A stretch of DNA of 58,207 nt, counting the filler, from Sphacelaria rigidula (lineage: Eukaryota), in NCBI GenBank assembly GCA_964200075.2. It is 10 parts of 10 records of this genome, joined end to end, with 100 filler letters (N's around TTAATTAATTAA, not from the genome) between each part and the next. Parts side by side here need not be neighbours in the genome. Positions count along the whole stretch, not along the records: positions 23,325 to 29,055 come from CAXNAA020024892.1; positions 29,156 to 34,886 come from CAXNAA020024893.1; positions 34,987 to 40,717 come from CAXNAA020024894.1; 7 more parts are not named here. One strand, given 5' to 3'. Positions 23,375 to 35,376 of the stretch are shown one piece after another (the stretch's first letter is position 1; each line of letters begins with the position of its first letter). A model generated the notes under the pieces. The model was not told where the DNA came from. It was given only the letters and a program-made list of their open reading frames with translations, and made no database searches. The position numbers and the translations under genes are program-made.

Positions 23375-24545
23375 CCACAGGTATTTTGGTAGGTTCGCCT
23401 CGTTCAAGAGGCAACGGTTCATGTTCAGAATAGTTCTTCCGTCGCGTTCTGACATACCATTTTTCTGTGGAGTATGGGGTGTCGTGAATTTTTGGAGAAT
23501 TCTTGTAGTTTTGCAGTATCGTCGAAAGTAATCTGCGATATATTCCCCCCCACCCGATCCGACCGCAGGCGGTATACTCGAAGTCCTAAAGGAATTGCAA
23601 CGTCTTGAACATACTTGCACAGGGTAGAAATTGCCTCACTTTTTGCCTTGATGGAGTATACAACTTTCAGTCGACTACAGTGGTCGGTGAATTCAGCCAT
23701 ATACCTATATCCTCCTAATGCAGTTGGTGTGATGGTTCCTGACAGATCGGTAGTTACCAGTTGTAGACGCTCAGTCACTGATGAAAAGTCCGCGGTCTTC
23801 GGATGGTTCTGCTGGGTGCTTTTATTCAGCATACAGGTGTCACAGAAAGAAAGTGCACCTGTAAACTTGACACCTGTCGCAGGTGTATTCATTATACGAC
23901 GCATAACTGGTTCAGTTGGATGGCCCAGGCGTTTATGCCATATTTCTGCACTTACAGTGGTTGAAAGAGCCACGGGGTCGTCCTCGGTGGCCATGGCTGT
24001 AAATGATGTCCCTGGGCCCATACATTCTCCAGAAACCACCTCAGCAGTAAACGTTGACCCGGAGTTGGTGCGGAAGGTGTTCTGATCCCGAATAATCTTA
24101 ATGTTGAGGAAGTGTACCGTACCGGTGTTGTCGGTGCGAATGGGAATTTTGAAACTTCCAAGATCCACGTGAAAGTTGACCGAAAATATGTTCGATACTC
24201 CTTTCAATAATGCCTCGACGGGTGAAAAATGATGTTTACCGAGGGCTGAAATAATAATGACCGGAAGGCGGACGGAGTGTTGATTACCCTGTTGATCACA
24301 GACGATGGAGTGAAGTACTCCCTTTCCTGTTCTGCTGAGGAGATGACGACCTGCTGTCAGAATTCTCATGGGAGGATCGAGTTTCACATAATTAAACATC
24401 TCCTCTTCAATATTAGGAAGTAGCTGATTGTCGAGGTAGTAATGACTGGCCCCGGAGTCGCATACCATCTTGAATGATATCGAAACCGGTAGCTGAGTGT
24501 TGTCTTTGTCTGCAGGATCAGCAAAAAAGGTATACCCTATGCCGC
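23375..24545 (-). mobile_element. Ty1/Copia pol fragment: protease, GAG-pre-integrase and integrase core (frameshifted, truncated by contig end)
   Basis: VCDSGASHYY (protease), WHKRLGHP...CDTC (HHCC), TDLSG, FTDHCSR and LRSD, then in another frame GGEY...TPQKNGMSERDGRT...LPKYLWG. The PR-IN order is Copia-type. Confidence 0.93.
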
Positions 24546-25865
24546 TTGGTGGCGCGCATGTGTCAATGTCGAAGATGAAGGTCTGCTGGTGTCTTGAGCT
24601 TGGTCACTGGAAGGAAGAGTAGTTGAAGAGGTGCTTGACGCAGGATCCATGGTGGCGGTATTCGCTTGATTCGGATGATTGATGGTGTTGTTTGCGCTGC
24701 AGCCGGAGTTGTTGTTGTTGTTGCGTGTGTTGTTGCGACGGCGATGAGTGTTATTTTTATAGTAGTTGTTGTTCCTGCTGCTACTCGTCGGCGCACTATC
24801 GTTAATGATTTGATTGCATTCAGAGTCGTCGTGCTTATCTGTACGATGCAGCGTGCACCATTTCACAGTCCTGCTCCTGCTGTTAGGTTGTCGTTTAGAG
24901 CGACAGTCTCGGCTATGGTGTCCAGGCCGACCGCAGGAAAAACATTTCCCAGTGAATTTTGTAGGTGTTGCAGATGAATCGAGAGGTGAGGTTGCTGTCA
25001 TGGCAGAATCACGGCCGCGTACTCCCTTCGACAAAATTCCGCGTGCGACGCGATTTGAATACATATTCCTCATTGTTACTTCGATGTCGGAGATGCTAAA
25101 GTCTGGGTCACGCTCTGTATCATACATTATCCTGTCGTATTCACCTGTTAAGCCTTTCATCATGATGTCCGTAAGTCCATCATCTGAAATGGGCTCACCA
25201 ATGTACACCAGCTGATCACGTAGTTCATAGATCTTGGTCAAAAACACGTCAGAATCTTGGCCAGGTGACATCTTGATGTTATCTAGCTGACGCATAAAAA
25301 TACGCCGCCGTTGCTTCGAAGAGTCCTCGTATTTACCGACCAGTGTCTCCCATGCAATTTTTCCATCCGGTTTTGCGTGGCCCTTCGGCTCGAAGCGAGG
25401 AAGAAAACTGCCCGCTGGGCCTGTAGTTGTCAAGTATAATATATTGAACAATGGTTCGTCGCAGCGATCCCAATTATCAACTTCAGATCTGTTCACCACA
25501 ACTCCTACATGTGTGTCCTCCCGAGAGAAGTCCACTTCGCTGCCAGCCAGCGGGCCCCCAACTGGATCACTTGTTTCAGCTGCCTCTTCAGATGAAGACG
25601 GCGGGGTGCCTTGGGAGCGGGTGTGTGGCGAAGTTGATCTTGACCTGGGTCGTCCAACTGGAAGTGATTGGGCACCTTGAATGAGCTCCACGTCATCAAA
25701 AGTTTCCGCGGGACGTTTATCTCCATTCATCATGTCCGAAATCCCAGGATGTGTTAGGGAAATCATTGCGCGCGTGCTGCGCTTTCATTCGAGGAAACTT
25801 GTTCCATCAAATTTCCTGATGCTCCTGATGAGCTGTGCAACAGATGGCTCTCCTTGATTATTCAT
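24537..25865 (-). mobile_element. Ty1/Copia gag (degenerate: premature TGA near 25786, frameshift before pol)
   Basis: MNNQGEPS...FLE* is in frame with the 409-aa ORF. It carries a zinc knuckle CFSCGRPGHHSRDC and a WCTLHRTDKHDDSEC motif. Confidence 0.88.
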
Positions 25866-26057
25866 CTTGTTACAATATGTGTGAAAATTTTATCACACCT
25901 GAAACCTTGTGCAAAAAAGAAATATGAAGGCTGGACTCTTCTCACTTCTAGCTGCCGTGACGACCTTGATGGGAAGTCCCTTCGCTGGTGCTGACCGACG
26001 TAGTCTTGAAGTCTTGACTCGAAGGCTGATGAACTGATGACCTACGTGGTCGCGAAT

Positions 26058-26674
26058 CTATGGCTCAAAACCTGTTGGAATAACTCGTGTTCGTAGTTGT
26101 GTCCTTGCGGCAGGCCAACTACCGTTCAGCGAACAGCAGTATGCAGAGGTTGCACCGTGGTTGATTAGACCACTTGTTTCTGCAGCTTCAGAATAAAATC
26201 AGTGAAGCAAATGGTTGATTGGGCTCTTTATTCGGCCAAGAAAAGCAGAACTCGCAGTTTCCTCTCAAGGCGGAGAACTGATGGTAGTGAAAGAGAGTGA
26301 CTGTAGAGGGCAGTGAGGACCACCAAATACAATTGCTCAATCCTCGGAACAAAAAACAAAGCTCTACACGTACGTAGACTGAAACGCGTCCTTGACTCTG
26401 ACTTGTTGGTTTGCCAGCTCACAGACAGGATTCTTACTCAAGCTACGACACTCACAAACAGTGGCAGCACACTGCCTTATTCTACGAGCTCACGTGGCAA
26501 GCCTGGCAGGATATTGAACTCAAGGATCCATATAAAAAACAGTACTTGAACCCTTGGTCAATATTGGGTGCTCCCAGTTGAACCAGAACATATTGTCCCG
26601 CTGATTTGCTACAGAGTAAAAACTCACACACAGAAGATAAACAGCTAGATTGCTGGCTGTATAAATTTCCAACA
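26058..26674 (-). mobile_element. Copia 5' LTR and primer-binding site
   Basis: The minus strand reads ...CCAACA|GGTTTTGAGCCATAG, resembling the Copia half-tRNAiMet PBS GGTTATGGGCCCAG. The inner LTR edge is at 26073. The outer edge is tentative (TGTTGG at 26674). Confidence 0.55.
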
Positions 26675-27363
26675 ACTCCTTGATAACCTTACCGTGGTAA
26701 AACAACCGGCATATTAGAAATTGTGGCACTTTTTTCAATCAGATTTTGCGTATAGGACCGAGGCGAACAAGCAAGTATAGCATGTAGACGTAGGTTGTAT
26801 TGTGTGGACAAAGAAAAGGTGGGAGGTCTTTTTCTAGCGAACCATCCTCCTGGTGTGTTGAATCGTGGGCTGAATTTGGATGGTGTCACCTCCTATGGGA
26901 AAGTACACCGAACACAAGCATCAATTGGGCTGGGAACTGGACCAATTAATACTGTCTATTTCCACTGTAACTGGAGATGAACCGGAAATGGCTGCGAGAG
27001 CGCCAGTTGTTCAGTTTGTCTGGGGTTTTGTGGTGACCGGGTACTTTTAAAATGGCTTTTATTATGGTAAGTTTATAACAAAGAAACACTGTATACAATT
27101 AGACTGTACGATTGAAGTCTGCACTCTACAGTAATACAGGTACCACAAACTTCGTTGGTACCTTGTTGTTCTGCAGTTTTCCATCTATCGACCATGGTGG
27201 GTCAGTCGGCGGTTGGTCAGTCGAATGAGGGAAATTAAGAAATAAACAAGGAGCGTGACTTATTCATGGCGGGACGCATGCTGCGGAAGTGCCGTACGCC
27301 AAACCCCAATTGCCAACTGCATGGTGAAGAGCGTTCTGAACATGATGCAGTACATGCACACTA

Positions 27364-28907
27364 CAGTAGTCAGCGTCAGAAGTATGCGGAAATCGTAATT
27401 TCTTAGTTTCTCAAAGATTTTCCAAATTTGTTTCGCTTACCACCGCTCATCGCAGTGACTGTTGGATGCCAAAAAAAATGGTCATCAGCAGATATTTTGA
27501 CCCTCTTGACAAATATTAAAAGGAAACATATCTGCGATCAATATTGAGTGACTTACGGGCTTGATTGATCTTCGAGGGTCCTGCAAAAGTTCAACCTCAG
27601 GTTCTAGCTTTTCGGTATTTTCGGTGGACTGACTCGATCCCGATCATATGAGGGAAGACTCTAAAAAGATTAGTTTTTTGAAACTCCACCTATTTACTGC
27701 GCTCAAGCCGGAAATCTATGTTTTTCGGACCATTCACGGTCAATAATACCCTCCTGATAAACGGGGTCTTTACTCCGTATCGCCCCAAAAACACTAACTT
27801 GGGCATGGTGATTTGAGCACGGTCTGCTTGTTCAGCCAAAATTATCGACGCTAGCACTTTCGAGTGCTCATGGAAAACGTTATGCCAAAAAAAGACGAAA
27901 AGAGGCCATCCGCAGAAAATGCTAAACTGAGGTCTGTGCAGTATAGGAGGAAAACACGATCTCGATCGTTATTGCAAAGAATTCTATACGTTTTTTATCT
28001 GAATATCCACCGTTTCGTTGCGGAAGAGCCGGAAAACTACGTTTCTTGGACCATTAGCAGTCAATAACAACCTCCTGATAAACGGGGTATCTAGACCGTA
28101 TCGCCCCCACAACAACTTGGGCATGGCGATTTGAGCGCTGTCTGCTTATTTAGCCAAAACTATCGACGCTAGCACTTTCGAGTGCTCATGGAAAATGTTA
28201 TGCCAAAAAAAACGAAAAGAGGTCATCCGCAGAAAATGCCTAACTGAGGTCTGTGCAGTATAGGAGGAAAACACGATCTCGATCGTTTTTGTAAAGAATT
28301 GTATACGTTTTTTATCTGAATACCGACCGTTTCGTTGCGGAAGAGCCGGAAAACTACGTTTCTTGGACCATTCACAGTCAAAAACAACCGCCTGATAAAC
28401 GGGGTATCTAGACCGTATCGCCCCCACAATACCAACTTGGGCATTGTGAGTTGAGCATTGTCTGCTTCTTTCGCCGAAACTGTCGATGCTAGTACTTTCG
28501 AGTGCTCATGGAAAATGTTATGCCAAAAAAAAACGGAAATAGACCATCCGCAGAAAATGCTAGACTGAGGTCTGTGCAGGGTAGAAGGGAAGCACAATCT
28601 CAATCGTTATTGCGAAGAATTGCATACGAATTCATTTATCTGAATACCGACCGTTTCGTTGCGGAAGAGCCGGAAAACTGTTTGTATTGGACCAAAAACG
28701 GCCAATAACACCCTCCTGATAAGTGGGGTACCTTGTCCGTATCGCCCCACAAACACCAACTTGGGCACTGCAGTTTGAGCGCGGCCTACGCTTTCCCCCT
28801 AAGTCTACCCTCGCTAGCACTTTCAAGTAGTAATGAAGAATAGTACTCGAGAAAACACAAAAACTACAACAATTACGAATTCTGAAGACTTCTGATGCTG
28901 ACTACTC
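27364..28907. mobile_element. Non-autonomous Tc1/mariner-type TIR element containing a ~320-bp tandem array (about 3.5 units)
   Basis: TA|CAGTAGTCAGCGTCAGAAGT ... ACTTCTGATGCTGACTACTC|TA. Array units start at about 27726, 28046, 28363 and 28688. Confidence 0.82.
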
Positions 28908-28990
28908 TACACCTCGAAGTGATGCAGCAGATGCATACCTCATCCGAAAAAACAATAACAAATGATAACCCGCGATCACAAAATACACAA

Positions 28991-29055
28991 AGCTGGTCGC
29001 CCCGGTGGCTCAGTTGGTAACCTCGAAACCTCCTGACGGTTGGGTCGTGGGTTCA
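28991..29055 (+). mobile_element. tRNA-like SINE head (family B), cut by contig end
   Basis: GCCCCGGTGGCTCAGTTGGTAA...GGTCGTGGGTTC matches the reverse complement of ~47295-47360. Confidence 0.6.
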
Positions 29056-29769
29056 NNNNNNNNNNNNNNNNNNNNNNNNNNNNNNNNNNNNNNNNNNNNT
29101 TAATTAATTAANNNNNNNNNNNNNNNNNNNNNNNNNNNNNNNNNNNNNNNNNNNNCAAGTAACTTCTTCCGAATAAGAGCTTGTCCTCGATACTTCTACT
29201 ACAAAACGTTCACAAGTCGGGTTGCCCACTTGAACCTCATCTCGAAGTTAAACCTCAATTCGCACAACTTGCTGTTACATGTGATCTATTTCCACGAGAT
29301 GCCTTGCACTTTGATGCCGGATGCATCTGCTGTTTCTACATGCCTAGGCACTAGGATACTGATCGGTCCACGGGCGCCTGGGATTTTCATGTCCGGGTTC
29401 TGGGATGCCTTCGGTTCCGCTGACACCGGAATAGGACAACGTCCTCGTGTAAGTAGCAAAGCGGTATGATGTTTGTCATACGAGCCGTACGCTCTTTGGT
29501 TAAACATCATCGAAATGATTTTTGCTTCTTGTCAGCACCACCCCGATTGCTGTGTGGCTATCTTCCTTGGGAAGTTGCACACCAGTCACCATTGACATGC
29601 CAGATATTTTCCCGTTCATGTCTACATCGTTCTAACGTCTTTTTTTGTTTTCTTCTTTCGTGACCCTAATTGATCTCCGAATTGTGACCCCGGGCTACTG
29701 CTCAACACTTGAGCGTTTTTGCTAGGACGCTCGAACAGTCTGTTGTGTCTGTTGTCACATCCGTTTCCG

Positions 29770-32700
29770 TTACCTGGTATTCTCAGATTTCGACTCCGGA
29801 TGTGAGCGCTTTGCTAACCCGCTGTCATGACGGTATATATCGATGAGGTGTCTACCTTGAGGTGTTTCGTCAGCTCGATAGGTTAGGTCAGCTGCTGGGC
29901 TGTAGTTTTTGAATATCGACCTATACTTATGGTGATGAAGACTCCCCCGACCTGGTCCTGGAGCGTAGACTACCACTTTTTCGACAGCGTAGTCGTTCCA
30001 TTGTAGGCAACGTTTCGTCTAGTTGGTCTCTCTGGTAGAGGTATCTGTTTGTCTAGGAACAACTCGCTCGATTTATCGACATCTGATGCGGGTGGCGTTT
30101 CCCGCGGACGATATTGCTTCAAGTGAGTGGGATGTACTGGCATTTCTTGAGAGTTGTCGCCTATTTTGATTATGTACACAACCGGCGATCGTCTTTCGGT
30201 TATCATGGAAGGTCCTCTCGATGGTAATTGGAGTTTCGGGTTCGGCCCTTCTGAGTCCTGGTATGATCGCTACATGTGTACCTTTAGACCGGGCTTGGTC
30301 ACTGGGAACGGTTTTTATTTGTTTATTTCTTGCGCGTTCGCTTTTTCTCGTAGAGCTTATCTCGCAATTTCCAATCCAAACTGTAGGTTTTCCGTGTTTC
30401 TTTGGAAAAATCTTCGGATGTCGCGGCTTTTCCCGGATGACAAATGTGGTAAAACTCTATCGATAAAGTTCTGGCTATCGACGTGGCCTGTCTATTTGGT
30501 ATCAAAATGAGAAAGGTATACCCTGTGAGATGGACCATTACGGACAGTACCTATCTAGTACTCCAGCTTTTGACATCGAATATGTTTTCGTATTCGACTA
30601 GGTTTGTCGACACTCTCTCGTATGGCCGTCCTACCGCAACATGTCCCATCGGAAAAGTTTGGCCGGTTGACTGACAGCTCTCGGTCACCTTGCACTGGCT
30701 TCAAACGGTCGAGCTTCTCAGCTGATATTTGACGGTGATATATGGCTCAGTTATTTTGCAGCGCATAGTCTTTTGGCACGTTACCACATATTCGTGTAAG
30801 CGACGGTTTGATTTCAGCTTTTCGTCGCTCTGGAGTAGCGCAAACAGTCGTGAGAGGATGTCCGGAAAAGCATGAAGTTTCTCCGGTTTTTGTCTCACAT
30901 CATTATCATGAAATTTTTCCGGGGTTTACATGCGGGCTCTACAGGTTGGCGATTGTACCATTTCCGTTTTATTCGTCGCTGACTACGTGCGTGTTGTCCT
31001 TGAAACGATGATGCGCGTGGATGCTTGAGGTACATCAGGCGATCGAGTGTCTTCCTCGGTTATTATGCGTGGCTGCACGACAGCTGATGTTGTAGTTGAC
31101 GGACGGGGTATTTTCTGTTTTAACAAATAACACGGGATCTTACAAATTGGGGATGGATCATTTATTGGGGATGAGAAACCCGGAGGATTAAAATCTTCAT
31201 ATCCACACGAACTTTTCAAAATGTGGTGCCATTTCTTCACCTACTGATAGCTATTGGCAACTGCTACACGCTACAGAAATTTGGATTTCGATCACTAAAA
31301 CGCTGGGATCTTGGGTGGAAAACCAGTTTCGGAACCATTTTGGCGTCCGTTCGGACCCCCGAAATTCCCCCAAAATGGTTTTTCACCTAGGACCCCAACA
31401 TTTCGGTGATCGAAATCCAACTTTGTACAGCGTGTAGCAGTTGTCAATAGCTATCAATAGGTGAAAAAATGGAACCATATTTCTAAGATTTCGTGTGGGT
31501 ACGAAGATTTTAATCCTCCGGGCTTCTCATCCCCAATAAATGACCCATCCCCAATTTGTAAGATCCCGTGCTTAATGCTGCCATTTCATGCAGGAACGCT
31601 CGGATTTTTATGGGGGAACCGTCCGCGCTTCTGAGATTGATGGGTCCTGACGGTGCTGTTTTTATATCATCAGCTGCCATGATGGCCGGGTGTTCATCTA
31701 TGAACGTGTTTCTGCCGATACACGGCACATCTGCTGCGGAATCGATCGTGACTTTTTCAGCGGGGGTGCCGTTCACTCTGGCTGTGACTCTCACATGGGC
31801 TGATGCACAGGATAACGCTAGGGGCGCATCTGTATACCTGGGGAGCGATGATGCGTTGTATGAGTCAGAACAGTGATCTTCCAAGACCGGGTTGAAAAAA
31901 GGAAGATTGCTGTTTCAATTTGGAATCAACAGCCCCTGCTTACAACGTTGTTGTTGTTTTTTCCTGGCTTCCGGTTGAACATGTGTCAGCGCGGGATGCA
32001 ACGTTACCGATTCATTGGGGTACGGCGCAGAATGTAGCAAGGTTGAGAGCCTCATCAAGTTGAGCTACATGTTCGGCGATGATGGCCCTCCGTGTGGTGT
32101 ATTGTTTTTTCCACAGCTGCTCCGAAGGCTGCTTAGGAACCAACTCTCACCGTGCTCTTCCCAGCTTCTGCTCCTAGTATGCACTTTCACATCACAACTG
32201 AGGGCTGTTTTGGTGCCCCGCTGCAGGAGTGAGTTACTGTACTGACCAAGAAACCCGCATTTCTCCGATATATTTTTTTTCCCAGACGGTGGACACTTTT
32301 CCCTATTTCATGCGTTATGAGGTGTGGAATCTTGAAGTGTCTGCTGTGTTCAACTCTTCTCAGCTTGTGGGCTGGGATGCGGTAAGACCATCCAATACAC
32401 CTCCCTTTCTTTCGTTTGCTCGATGGTAGGGAATGACAAGGTCGTGCATTCGCAGGTTGGGAAACTTTGTTTGTTAGTGCTATTTCGAGTCACCGCGTTT
32501 CCAGAGGTCTGCCTGCTTGATTAATTGCCGTGCCTTTCGCACTATGGTGGTGAAAGGTTGGTTGATAAGTGTGGATTCGTTGTTCAATCAGCCATTCTGG
32601 TGAGATAGATAATGCATGCTGATGAGACTAATTTTCGCGTTCTCGCGGTTTGACTAGCCATACAGGTGACATATACTGCACCCTGAGGAGTCTAACTTCG

Positions 32701-32950
32701 CGTTTCGCTCTTTGATTAGTCATGCGGGTGACATATATATGCACATTGAGGGGGCTAATTTCGCGTTGACCCGAACACATGACTCCAATAACCTCTCAAC
32801 TCGAATAATTATGCACATGACCCATGCGTTTCACCTGGAGTAGCGTTCCTTGGAGGACCCTAGTGTTTCCGGTGACGGGGAGCAGTCGGTTCTCGTTCCA
32901 ATTTTTTACGTCTAAGTCCTGTCTTACCTGAGTTCTGTTCTGGTGTGGCC
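29770..32950 (-). mobile_element. Highly degenerate Ty3/Gypsy LTR retrotransposon internal region
   Basis: Aspartic protease VTIDSAADVPCI...LRSADGSPIKI (31510-31884), integrase C-terminus ITERRSPVVYII...VHPTHLKQY (29970-30206) and a chromodomain-like KYR...YSPAADLTY (29770-29976). Many stops. Confidence 0.75.
31131..31570. mobile_element. Foldback MITE (~200-bp arms) inserted in the Gypsy pol
   Basis: CACGGGATCTTACAAATTGGGGATGG ... CCATCCCCAATTTGTAAGATCCCGTG. Related arm sequence occurs at ~22340-22510 and 42790-45700. Confidence 0.85.
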
Positions 32951-33185
32951 AATGTAAGGAAGGCGTATCGCTAGAGTAGTCAGAGACCTACGGGGGAGAC
33001 TGCCGTCCTGATGCCGAAGGAACTCCGAGGCTGGCGATGATCTCCTCTTGTATATGTAGGCAAGACGTTGGGTCAGACGAGAAGTGGTCACCAGGGGCGA
33101 CCAGTTCCTCGGGGGATGTTGAACCGTCCTAATATTAGGCTCTTCCTGACATCACCCCGAGTTGTATAGTTACGTCGGCATTACA
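32935..33185 (-). mobile_element. Putative Gypsy 5' LTR (32953-33185) and PBS
   Basis: The minus strand reads TGTAA...CCTTACA followed by TTGGCCACACCA, a PBS-like TGG. No second LTR is available to confirm it. Confidence 0.45.
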
Positions 33186-34389
33186 GGGTCCTCGGTAACT
33201 GGTCCTTCCGGACCGTTCCTACCTTGTCCCTGCTTGCGCTGGTTCTTCATATATGTGTGGCATCAATATCTGATATGTCACTGCAAAGAGGTATCTTCCA
33301 CATACATGGCTATCGTGGCTTGTGTACACAATACCCAGTGTTCAACTGTCAAAGTAAGTGACAGGAGCAATCAGTTCGACTTGTGAACCCAGCTCTGACA
33401 AGAGAGCTTGCAGACGCTGCATAGTGTTGGTTAAATACTTGCCTGTGCAATGAGAAGAAATGTTTTAAACTTGGCACTTCATCCGGCCGTTACTCACATC
33501 AAACACAATCAGTCTTTACTCCAAAGGAATTCTGATGACAAGCTGGTAGGCTTACGTGAGGTGGGTCGCTTTTGAGAGTAATAGCGTAGGGCTATTTCAC
33601 CATCTCGACAAAACTCTTGGATAGTAAAAAACTGTTCATCCAAACTGTTGATACCTTAGACCCTTCGTGCTCAGCTCTTCAATATTCTGACAATATATGC
33701 TGACTTTCTGCATACGAGCTACACAGTACATGAGCTTTTCATTATTCTACGATAGATATTCCACTTCTTCGGTTATTTCTACGATCTTTGTTCTAACAAT
33801 GAACCGTTACTGGTTTTACCGCTAATCTCGAGTATTTATGTTCGGGTCCAAGGGGCAGTCGAAAAAAGAATTCGGGACACGTAGGCCCCAAGATCGAAAA
33901 TTCGAGTTTTTGAGGGGGGGGGGGGGGGTACACCAAGCCGTGTGTCCCCTGCTTTTTTGCCGAAGCGTTGGCGGATGCGGTCAGCTGCCGTGTACAGTAG
34001 AGATCCTTTTATTTTATATATGATATATGATATATGATATTTTATATATGATGCATTATATATGATATATTATATCTCATATACTATATTTCATAGACCA
34101 ACCGATGTTCCCTTATGGAATACGCCGCCTCAACGTCTCATGCACATTATTCATACCTGGTGGGCATGTTGTGCGTGCGGTGTGCCGGCCGGTGGGGTGA
34201 TGGATACTATCATTCAAGGATTGGACGAATTAATTATTCATCTGAATATTGCTTGATCTTGGTGTGAGTGAGTCATACCGTACGTTTCTCTCTCTTTCGA
34301 GCAATCGGGCCTCACAAATCGTGGATTTGGTGATTCAAATCGGCGATGATTCGTCCAAATCTTCGAGCGATCCTACAGTATAGGTGGGA

Positions 34390-34886
34390 GTGGGGAGGGG
34401 GGGAGGGGGGCGTACTCATTTGTTGCTTGCCTTAGTCGTTTGACCATTGACCACGCATCCCTTTCGAGACGGAGCACCGTTCCTGCTCCTAATAGAGACA
34501 CCCCCAATATTCCGGCGCTCATTACGTTTCTTCCATAGCTCATTACGTCTCTTCCATACATTACACAAAAACCTTTGACATGTGTCCCCCCCGTCCTGTT
34601 TCGCCGTCTCTGGCCACTATCTATCTCCTAGTATAACCATCGTTTTCTCCCTACTGCCTTGTGCATCAAACGATTTCATGCCATCTCCGTTCACGTCCCG
34701 CACCCCCCCCCCTGCACGTCCCGTTCCTCCTTGTATAGCTCACATTCTGCCACTATAAATATGACTTCTGCTCTCTATTCCTTTGCCACAGAGGCAATTC
34801 TGTCCATCGCCTTCCTCCTCCTTTCGACGACTGGTATATCTCTTTCTTCTTTCTGGCAGGTCTAGGTCCCCCACCCGGAATCGCAG
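34390..34886 (-). mobile_element. LINE 3' fragment with zinc-knuckle-like C-terminus, 3' UTR and C-rich tail
   Basis: LRFRVGDLDLPERRKRYTS...CLCGKGIESRSHI, then ...GACTAAGGCAAGCAACAAATGAGTACG-CCCCCCTCCCCCC. Confidence 0.85.
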
Positions 34887-35073
34887 NNNNNNNNNNNNNN
34901 NNNNNNNNNNNNNNNNNNNNNNNNNNNNNNTTAATTAATTAANNNNNNNNNNNNNNNNNNNNNNNNNNNNNNNNNNNNNNNNNNNNCAGAGACAGCCACG
35001 GCTTTTACACTGCCTCATGGGTATCTAACCAGATCCAACAGCCATGAGAAAGATTGGCAACCAGAAGGCTGCA

Positions 35074-35365
35074 GCGTCCCGGTGGTCTAATGGTGGTCAA
35101 ACTGTCGCGGTTTTCAGGGCGACGAGAACGTGGCTTCGATTCCCGATGCCTGAGACCTTTCCCTCGAAGAACGTGATTTCTACCGTCGACAGCGTGGGTA
35201 CCTGAGTAAACAAGAAGAGTTTGAATGAGGTTGGTTTGACGAGGGGTGACGCGGTGCGGAAGTGCTGAGCCAATCCGCGAGACCAAAATACATGGCGCGT
35301 ACCGGGGAGAGACGGATTGATCCCTTGAGACCACGCACTCGTCCCAAGGAAGGGGAGAGGTTTGT
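35074..35365 (+). mobile_element. tRNA-derived SINE (family A)
   Basis: A-box TGGTCTAATGG and B-box GCTTCGATTCC. The body GACGCGGTGCGGAAGTGCTGA..CAATCCGCG...GATCCCTTGAGACCACG is shared with other copies. Confidence 0.75.
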
Positions 35366-35376
35366 TATTTTTGTGC

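Noticed and set aside
27720..28830. Repeated short ORFs or a CRISPR-like array
   Set aside because: These are tandem ~320-bp units without unique spacers, inside a TIR element, in a eukaryotic context.
28996..29055. tRNA genes here and at ~7000-7070, ~15050-15115, ~35075-35150 and ~37130-37185
   Set aside because: A- or B-boxes are present but there is no convincing cloverleaf, and the heads are attached to repeated bodies, so they are SINE-like.
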